DNA from: Gemmatimonadota bacterium
GTDB lineage: Bacteria; Gemmatimonadota; Gemmatimonadetes; Gemmatimonadales; GWC2-71-9
DNA length: 64,000 nucleotides
Reading direction: 5' to 3'
NCBI GenBank assembly: GCA_037440225.1
Contig: JBBIUN010000013.1
Coordinates: 10,936-74,935 of the forward strand
Under the pieces are notes generated by a model. It was given only the letters and a program-made list of their open reading frames with translations, was not told where the DNA came from and ran no database searches. How positions within the stretch are numbered: the stretch's first letter is position 1; each line of letters begins with the position of its first letter. The position numbers and the translations under genes are program-made. Below, one piece after another: positions 58,092 through 64,000 of the stretch.

Positions 58092-59306
58092 ATGACGATG
58101 AACACGCTGCGCTCCGGTCTGGCTGCGCTCGCCGGCGCCCTGGCCCTCGCGGTCTCGAACGTACGGCCCGCCCCGGCCATCCCGGCCTTCGCCCGGCGCT
58201 ACCACGTCAGTTGCCAGTTGTGCCACAACCCCATCCCCAAGCTCACCGCCTTCGGGGAACGGTTCGCCGCCAACGGGTATCGCTTCGCTCCTGGAGAACA
58301 ACCCCGGGACTCCGCCGGCACCGGGGACTCGCTCCTGGTGCTGCTGGGCCAGCTTCCCCTGGCCGTCCGCCTGGACGCCTACGCCCAGGCCTACGCCAAC
58401 GGCCGAGCGGCGACGGACCTCGAGCTTCCCTACAGCCTCAAGCTGTTGAGTGGGGGCTCGATCTCCGGCGACCTGTCGTACTACCTCTACTTCTTCTTGT
58501 TCGAACGCGGCGAGGTGGGAGGCATCGAGGACGCGTTCGTGTACCTGAACGATGTGGCCGGCACGCCGGTGGACGTCGCGGTGGGTCAGTTCCAGGTGTC
58601 GGACCCGCTCTTCAAGCGGGAACTGCGGCTCGAGTACCAAGATTATGCCGTCTACCGCACCCGCGTGGGCAGCCAGCCCGCCGACTTCACCTACGATCGC
58701 GGCATCCTGGTGAGCGCCGACGTGGCCGGATTCACCGCCTCCGCCCTCGTGGTCAACGGCAACGGCCGGGGTCCTGCCGGAGGCAACCGCCGGCTCGATG
58801 ACGACCCCAACAAGAACTTCATGGGTTACCTCACCCGCGACCTGGCCAAGGGACTGCGCCTGGGTGCACTAGGGTACTACGGGCGCCAACAAGGTGCTGC
58901 AGCCGCCGGCCCTCTGGTCACTAACCGGATCCGGATGTGGGGAGCCGACGCTACCCTAGAGGCCGGACCCGTTGAACTGAACGGCCAGTTCATTTGGCGA
59001 GAAGACGACAAACCCACCTTCAACCCCGGCGAGCCTAAGACCATTACGAAGGGAGGCTTTGGCGAACTCATCTTCCGGCCTCGCGGCAACCGCTGGTACG
59101 CCGTGGGCCTCTACAACCTCGTCAAGGCCGACCGCCCGCTCCTCGACCCGAGGCTGGGCGGGCCCGCCAACATCGCCCGCTACGAAACCGTGACCGCGGG
59201 CTTGGGATACCTGCTGCGACGCAACGCTCGTGTCTTCGCCGAAGGCACCTGGGATCGCCAAGCGCAAAGTACCGCTTGGACGGTCGGCCTGGTGACGGCC
59301 TTCTAG
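58092..59306 (+). CDS. Outer-membrane beta-barrel protein with one N-terminal CXXCH haem motif (Cyc2-like fused cytochrome-porin candidate)
   Basis: Signal peptide, then FARRYHVSCQLCHNPIPKLTAFGERFAANGY (CXXCH at 58212-58226). About 350 aa follow with alternating beta-strand-like pattern, ending in the aromatic terminus ...WTVGLVTAF. Confidence 0.75.
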   Translation: MTMNTLRSGLAALAGALALAVSNVRPAPAIPAFARRYHVSCQLCHNPIPKLTAFGERFAANGYRFAPGEQPRDSAGTGDSLLVLLGQLPLAVRLDAYAQAYANGRAATDLELPYSLKLLSGGSISGDLSYYLYFFLFERGEVGGIEDAFVYLNDVAGTPVDVAVGQFQVSDPLFKRELRLEYQDYAVYRTRVGSQPADFTYDRGILVSADVAGFTASALVVNGNGRGPAGGNRRLDDDPNKNFMGYLTRDLAKGLRLGALGYYGRQQGAAAAGPLVTNRIRMWGADATLEAGPVELNGQFIWREDDKPTFNPGEPKTITKGGFGELIFRPRGNRWYAVGLYNLVKADRPLLDPRLGGPANIARYETVTAGLGYLLRRNARVFAEGTWDRQAQSTAWTVGLVTAF

Positions 59307-59446
59307 CGCGCCCCAGATGAGCCCAAAGAAACGGGCCAACCGCCCCTGGGGCCCTGGCCGCGCCGTCGCCCGCCCGGCACACCGTCGCCTGGTGCCGGCC
59401 TACCGGTTAACTTCCAGCCGACTACCAGACTCTTCGTGGGGGACGT

Positions 59447-59848
59447 ATGGCCGGTCGGACATCGGGCACACTAACCGTAGCAGTCCTCGCCCTGGGAGCA
59501 GGCACGTTGGCGGCACAGCAGCAAACCAGCTCGCTGCCGCCAGGAGTGACGGCCCAGATGGTCAAAGAAGGAGAGACCCTCTTCAAGGGCGCCGGGCTCT
59601 GCGCGGCATGCCACGGTCCGGACGGCAAGGGCGTACCTAACCTCGGGGCCAACCTCACCGACCAGCAATGGCTCCACAGCAAGGGCACCTACGACGACAT
59701 CGTCAAGCAGATCATGACCGGGGTCACGGCGGATAAGTCCACCACCGGAACGGTCATGCCACCCAAGGGCGGCTCCAACCTCACCGACGCCCAGGTGAAG
59801 GCCGTGGCGGCCTACGTGTGGACCTTGAGCCACCCGCCCAAAAAATAA
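59447..59848 (+). CDS. Periplasmic class I c-type cytochrome
   Basis: Signal peptide present. Haem site GAGLCAACHG, with distal Met in GTVMPPKG. Confidence 0.9.
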   Translation: MAGRTSGTLTVAVLALGAGTLAAQQQTSSLPPGVTAQMVKEGETLFKGAGLCAACHGPDGKGVPNLGANLTDQQWLHSKGTYDDIVKQIMTGVTADKSTTGTVMPPKGGSNLTDAQVKAVAAYVWTLSHPPKK

Positions 59849-59866
59849 CCGGACCGAGGGCTCGGG

Positions 59867-60493
59867 TTACCGCCAAGGCCGGGGGCCCATGTGTCCCCGC
59901 GGCACCCAGAAACGCATCCCCTGCCCGGGACGGCCGAACCACCGCTGGCGCATCGCCATCCGCCTGGCGTCCGCCCAACCCTCCAGCCGACCGCGCTGCT
60001 CGGGCGTGAGCACCGCCTTCGCTTGGGCTGCCGCGACCAGGTGCGCCAGCCTCGCGGCCTGCATCGCTTGCATCGCCGCCTGCGCGTGGCTGCGCACTTG
60101 GTTGGCGTCGGGCGCGGGCTGCTTCCAGATCTCGGCTAACTGATCCCAATGGGTCCGGGCCTCGGCGGTGGCCTTGTCAGCCGCCTGCCGGGCCTCCTGG
60201 GCCAATGCCTCCAGCCGGGAGACTTGCTCGGCGCTCAAGCCCAGCGCCTGGCGCCGAGCAATGAGCAACCGGGGAGCGTAAAACCCCGCCGCGCGGAACT
60301 CCCGCCCCGGTCCCTGCATGCCCATCATCCCGGGCATACCCATCATGCCTCCCATGCCCCTCATCCCCATGCGGGGCCCCTGGGCTGGTGCCGGCTGCGG
60401 GGGCGGAGGCTGCTGTTGCTGCTGCTGTTGCGCCGCCAGTGGCCCGGCCATCAGAACCAACGGTACCGACAACGCCAAGATCTTCGAGCCCAT
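59867..60493 (-). CDS. Spy/CpxP-family periplasmic protein with poly-Gln and Met-rich N-terminal region
   Basis: Signal peptide present. Q7 run (60410-60430) and MGMRGMGGMMGMPGMMGM (60317-60370). LTxxQ-type motifs are LSAEQ and LTPEQ. Confidence 0.8.
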   Translation of the reverse strand: MGSKILALSVPLVLMAGPLAAQQQQQQQPPPPQPAPAQGPRMGMRGMGGMMGMPGMMGMQGPGREFRAAGFYAPRLLIARRQALGLSAEQVSRLEALAQEARQAADKATAEARTHWDQLAEIWKQPAPDANQVRSHAQAAMQAMQAARLAHLVAAAQAKAVLTPEQRGRLEGWADARRMAMRQRWFGRPGQGMRFWVPRGHMGPRPWR

Positions 60494-60643
60494 AGTACCT
60501 CCCTAAGAGTGAACCTGTGCTTCGATCACGATAGACGCCGCCGGGCGCCCGGTGTTAGCCCCGGGGGATTGCCCGGCGCCAGAGGTGTGAACACATTTCC
60601 CGCCCGCCGATACCCTCACCATCCCCAAAGGAAACCACGAACC

Positions 60644-61720
60644 ATGCGCACCTTGCTAGGGACCTCCACTGCTCTTGCGTGCTTGGGCCTGGCGGGCCTC
60701 GTGACCCCCGGGTCCGCCCAGACCACGCTGCACACCCAGGCGGCCGAAATCACCCTCTCCGGCCGCATCCATACGCAGTTCAACACCACCTCGGTCGCCG
60801 CCGAGCCGGGCTCCGAGTTTCTCATCCGCCGGGCACGCCTGGATGCCACGGTCCGGGTGAACGATTTCGTGAGCGGGTTCGTGCAGCCGGAATACGGGCA
60901 GGGCAAGGTCCTGCTGCGCTTGGGATACCTGCGCCTCAACTTCCACCGGGCGCTCCATGCCACCCTGGGCCAGTTCCGCCGGCCGTTCGACGTGTTCCAG
61001 ATCACCAGCTCCACCGACATCCTGGTGGTCGAGCGCACCGGCGACCTACGCGGCGTGGATAGCTGCACCGGCATCGGGGGCTTGTGCTCCTTCAGCCGGT
61101 TCACCGAACAGCTCCAATACGGCGGGCCGGACATCGGGATCGTGCTCGACGGGACGGACGCCAAGGGCAAAGTGGCCTACTTCGTCTCCGTGGCCAACGG
61201 GACCGGGGGGAACGTAGCGGATGAAAATGGCGCCAAGTCCTTTGCCGCCCGCCTGGTCGTCTCTCCCTCACCGAGCGTGCACCTGGCAGGCAACATGGCG
61301 GTGCACGATTACCCCAACGCGATTACCCGAAAGACGGCGTACGCCACGGTGCTGGGCGCCGACGCGGAGGTCGGATCCTTCGCGCGCGGTTTTCACCTGC
61401 AAGCAGGCGCCATGACGGGCGCCAACTGGCGGTATATCTCTGGCGGCACGCCGGCCAGGTTCGCCGCCGCCCAAGTGATCGCCACCTACAGGTTCCCCAT
61501 CCACCGCGCTCCCTATGCCGAGGCCGTGGAGCCCCTGGTCCGGATCAGCTGGGGCGATCCCGACCACTCCGCCCCGCAGGACGGCGGCTGGCTGCTGACG
61601 CCAGGGCTGGTCTGGCACATTACCGGCCGCAACAAGCTCGGAGCCAACCTCGACGCGTGGCGCCCCCAGCGGGGCCCCGGTGCGTGGGGCCTCAAGCTGC
61701 AGTCGTATCTCTTCTTCTAG
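60644..61720 (+). CDS. Phosphate-selective porin O/P-like outer-membrane porin
   Basis: ATG 60644 with a signal peptide. Carries LSGRIHTQF...FLIRRARLD...LGQFRRPF and the C-terminal ...LQSYLFF. The 5' part of listed ORF 60149.. is antisense to the CpxP-like gene. Confidence 0.8.
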   Translation: MRTLLGTSTALACLGLAGLVTPGSAQTTLHTQAAEITLSGRIHTQFNTTSVAAEPGSEFLIRRARLDATVRVNDFVSGFVQPEYGQGKVLLRLGYLRLNFHRALHATLGQFRRPFDVFQITSSTDILVVERTGDLRGVDSCTGIGGLCSFSRFTEQLQYGGPDIGIVLDGTDAKGKVAYFVSVANGTGGNVADENGAKSFAARLVVSPSPSVHLAGNMAVHDYPNAITRKTAYATVLGADAEVGSFARGFHLQAGAMTGANWRYISGGTPARFAAAQVIATYRFPIHRAPYAEAVEPLVRISWGDPDHSAPQDGGWLLTPGLVWHITGRNKLGANLDAWRPQRGPGAWGLKLQSYLFF

Positions 61721-61891
61721 GTCTTGGTACGGTCTACCGGGTGGGGGTTCTCGCGATCTCTGGTAGCCGGGTTCATGGCGCACGCCAGCATGTGGCCATC
61801 GGTGATCGGCCGGGCGTCCTGGGCTGGGAGTAAAGATTTCTTACACCACTGCTCACAGCCGGTTCACCGCGCCGCGGCATGTTTGGGGCCC

Positions 61892-62359
61892 ATGAAAGCT
61901 CATATGCGTATGCGGAAATCCGAATTCGGTGCCCTGGCCCTTTGGGTAGGGGTCGCCGCCCTGTCGGCCTGCGGCGGCGAGCGGGAAGCCCGCGAACGTG
62001 AAGGCGAGGTCCCGTCGGCTGCCCGTCCACCGTCCGCGACAGCCGCCGCCCCGGCCCCGGCAGGTCCAGTGGACGAGGCCCTCGCGGAACGAGGCGAGCG
62101 CGTCTTCCAGACCAAGGGTTGTGTGGGCTGCCACACGATCGGCAAGGGGAGGCTGACCGGGCCCGACTTGAAGGGCGTCACCGAACGCCGGCCCTACGAA
62201 TGGTTCGCTCCCTGGGTCATGAATCCCGATTCCATGCTCAAGGTGGATCCGATCGCCAAGCAGCTCCTGGCCGAGTACATGACGCCCATGCTGGGCATGG
62301 GGGTCACGGCCGACGAAGCGCGGGCACTCTGGGAGTACCTGCGGCACGAATCACACTAA
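61892..62359 (+). CDS. Lipoprotein-type monohaem c-type cytochrome immediately upstream of nosZ
   Basis: MKAHMRMRKSEFGALALWVGVAALSACGG (lipobox). Haem site KGCVGCHTIG and distal Met region YMTPMLGMG. Start may be 61892, 61904 or 61910. Confidence 0.85.
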   Translation: MKAHMRMRKSEFGALALWVGVAALSACGGEREAREREGEVPSAARPPSATAAAPAPAGPVDEALAERGERVFQTKGCVGCHTIGKGRLTGPDLKGVTERRPYEWFAPWVMNPDSMLKVDPIAKQLLAEYMTPMLGMGVTADEARALWEYLRHESH

Positions 62360-62376
62360 GCATCACGGAGTCAGTC

Positions 62377-64000
62377 ATGCTCACTCGACGACGCGTACGT
62401 TGGCTGTCGCTGGCGGCCTTGGGTGCCGTGTTCGCGGCAGCCGGGCTCGAGTCCTGTGGCGGGCGAGGCGGAGCCGACATCGGCAGCATCGCCCGCGAGC
62501 GCGGCCTCACCGACGCGGATGTCGTGGCGGCGGTCAAGACCTACCAGCCCACCGGCAAGATGGACGAGTATCTCATGTTCGCCTCGGGCGGGCATTCGGG
62601 GCAGGTCTTGGTGATCGGGATCCCCTCCATGCGCCTGCTCAAGGTCATTGCCGCGTTCACGCCGGAGCCCTGGCAGGGCTATGCCACCGGCGCCGACGAG
62701 CACAAGGCCCTGATGCGCAGCGCGCGCATGGCCAACCACGATATCACGTGGGGCGACACCCACCACCCGGCGCTGTCGGAAACGGACGCCGACTACGATG
62801 GGCAGTTCCTGTTCATCAACGACAAGGCCAACCCCCGCATCGCGGTGATCGATCTGCGGGACTTCGAAACCAAGCAGATCGTCACCAACCCCAACATCGG
62901 CACGGATCATGGAGGCGCCTTTGTCACGCCCAACACCGAGTACGTGATCGAGCCGTCCCAGTACTCGGTACCGCTGTGGAAGGAGTACGCCGGGCTGGAC
63001 AGTTACCAGCAGGACTACCGTGGCCTAGTGACGTTCTGGAAGTTCGACCGCCAGCGGGGGCGCATCGCCGAGGACCAGTCGTTCTCCATCGAGCTGCCGC
63101 CCTACTGGCATGACCTTTCCGACGCCGGCAAGGGACCCTCGGCGGGCTGGGCGTTCCTCAACTCCTTCAACACCGAGATGGCCACCGGCGGCATCGAGGA
63201 GGGCAAGCCTCCCTTCGAGGCCGGCGCGTCGCAGAATGACATGGACTATCTCCATATCATCAACTGGCAGAAGGCAGCCCAGGTCGCGGCGCAACCGGGC
63301 AAGGCTCGGGCCCTGCGCGGCATGAAGGTCATTCCCTTGCAGACCGCCATTGACGAGGGGCTGGTGTACTTGGTCCCCGAGCCCAAGAGCCCGCACGGGG
63401 CGGACGTGACGCCCGACGGTGCCCGCATCGTGGTTTCCGGCAAGCTCGACCCCCACGTGACGGTCTATTCGTGGTCCAAGATCAAGGCGGCCATAGACCA
63501 GAAGCAGTTCAGCGGCAAAGACCGCTACGGCATCCCCCTGTTGGACTTCGCCTCCGTGATTGACGGGCAACTGGAACTCGGCCTGGGACCGCTCCACACC
63601 CAGTTCGACAACAACGGGAACGCCTACACCAGCCTCTTCCTCGAGACCAAGGTTGCCAAGTGGCGGCTCGACCCGCTTCAGCTGCTGGAGAAAATTGACG
63701 TGCATTACAACGTGGGGCACATTGCCGCGGCCGAAGGCGATACCAAGTCTCCGGACGGCAAGTACCTGGTCTCCCTCAACAAGTGGTCGCTGGACCGGTT
63801 CAACAACGTGGGTCCGCTGCTCCCCCAGAACTTCCAGCTCATTGACATCTCCGGCGAGCACATGCAGCGGCTCTACGACATGCCCATCGGCATCGGCGAG
63901 CCCCACTACGCCCAGATCATCAAGGCCGACAAGCTCAAGCCCTTTACCGTCTATCCCCAGATCGGCTACGACCCCGGCACCATGGGTCCCGCCCGCGACG
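62377..64000 (+). CDS. nosZ: Nitrous-oxide reductase, clade II (atypical, Sec-type); 5' 541 codons, runs off the window
   Basis: Not in the ORF track because there is no stop. My translation from ATG 62377 (GGAG SD) gives MLTRRRVRWLSLAALGAVFAAAGLESCGG...KMDEYLMFASGGHSGQVLVIGIPSMRLLKVI...WGDTHHPALSETDADYDGQFLFINDKANPRIAVIDL...PKSPHGADVTPDG...GPLHTQFD...HYNVGHIAAAEGDT...GEPHYAQI. This is the NosZ propeller with the CuZ His ligand contexts. Confidence 0.9.
   Translation, partial: MLTRRRVRWLSLAALGAVFAAAGLESCGGRGGADIGSIARERGLTDADVVAAVKTYQPTGKMDEYLMFASGGHSGQVLVIGIPSMRLLKVIAAFTPEPWQGYATGADEHKALMRSARMANHDITWGDTHHPALSETDADYDGQFLFINDKANPRIAVIDLRDFETKQIVTNPNIGTDHGGAFVTPNTEYVIEPSQYSVPLWKEYAGLDSYQQDYRGLVTFWKFDRQRGRIAEDQSFSIELPPYWHDLSDAGKGPSAGWAFLNSFNTEMATGGIEEGKPPFEAGASQNDMDYLHIINWQKAAQVAAQPGKARALRGMKVIPLQTAIDEGLVYLVPEPKSPHGADVTPDGARIVVSGKLDPHVTVYSWSKIKAAIDQKQFSGKDRYGIPLLDFASVIDGQLELGLGPLHTQFDNNGNAYTSLFLETKVAKWRLDPLQLLEKIDVHYNVGHIAAAEGDTKSPDGKYLVSLNKWSLDRFNNVGPLLPQNFQLIDISGEHMQRLYDMPIGIGEPHYAQIIKADKLKPFTVYPQIGYDPGTMGPARD

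Noticed and set aside
60405-60435. CTG/CAG-type simple repeat.
   Set aside because: It is simply the coding sequence for the poly-Gln run of the CpxP-like protein, not an independent repeat element.
1-64000. CRISPR arrays, tRNA or rRNA genes, transposases, integrases, phage genes or defence-system genes.
   Set aside because: None was found on either strand. The only repeats seen are the short intergenic hairpin units at 6.5-6.7 kb.

Overview
GC-rich bacterial chromosome with strong GC3 bias in real genes and many long spurious antisense ORFs. No rRNA, tRNA, CRISPR array, transposase or integrase was found. Gene content (many secreted peptidases, Sec-type nosZ, ba3 oxidase) suggests a Gemmatimonadota-like soil or sediment organism, but that is inference only.

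Layout:
- (i) 198-6444, minus strand: a tightly packed thiol/redox-stress cluster. Order is hybrid sensor kinase, CsoR-like repressor, flavoprotein disulfide reductase, ECF sigma, zinc anti-sigma (ZAS), secreted peroxiredoxin, TlpA, AhpD-like protein.
- (ii) 6.7-9.4 kb: small envelope proteins and a propeller-TlpA fusion.
- (iii) 9.5-27.7 kb: ten consecutive secreted peptidases and amidohydrolases.
- (iv) 27.8-31.2 kb: arsR-arsM module and small envelope genes.
- (v) 31-48 kb: housekeeping and accessory enzymes, including a disrupted NDH-2 gene.
- (vi) 49-52.7 kb: USP-CBS-ba3 cytochrome oxidase operon, with a 46-codon subunit IIa gene missing from the ORF track.
- (vii) 52.8-57.9 kb: tandem ZIP transporters and two-component systems.
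- (viii) 58-64 kb: respiratory cluster with a haem-motif outer-membrane barrel, c-type cytochromes, a Met-rich CpxP-like protein, a porin and the 5' 541 codons of clade II nosZ.

Main discovery candidates:
- The peroxiredoxin and the AhpD-like gene each carry an in-frame TGA exactly at an active-site Cys codon, each followed by a 17-nt hairpin. This looks like a dual-selenoprotein peroxide-defence operon under ECF sigma / ZAS control.
- A Cyc2-like fused cytochrome-porin lies next to nosZ, which may indicate extracellular electron uptake feeding N2O reduction.
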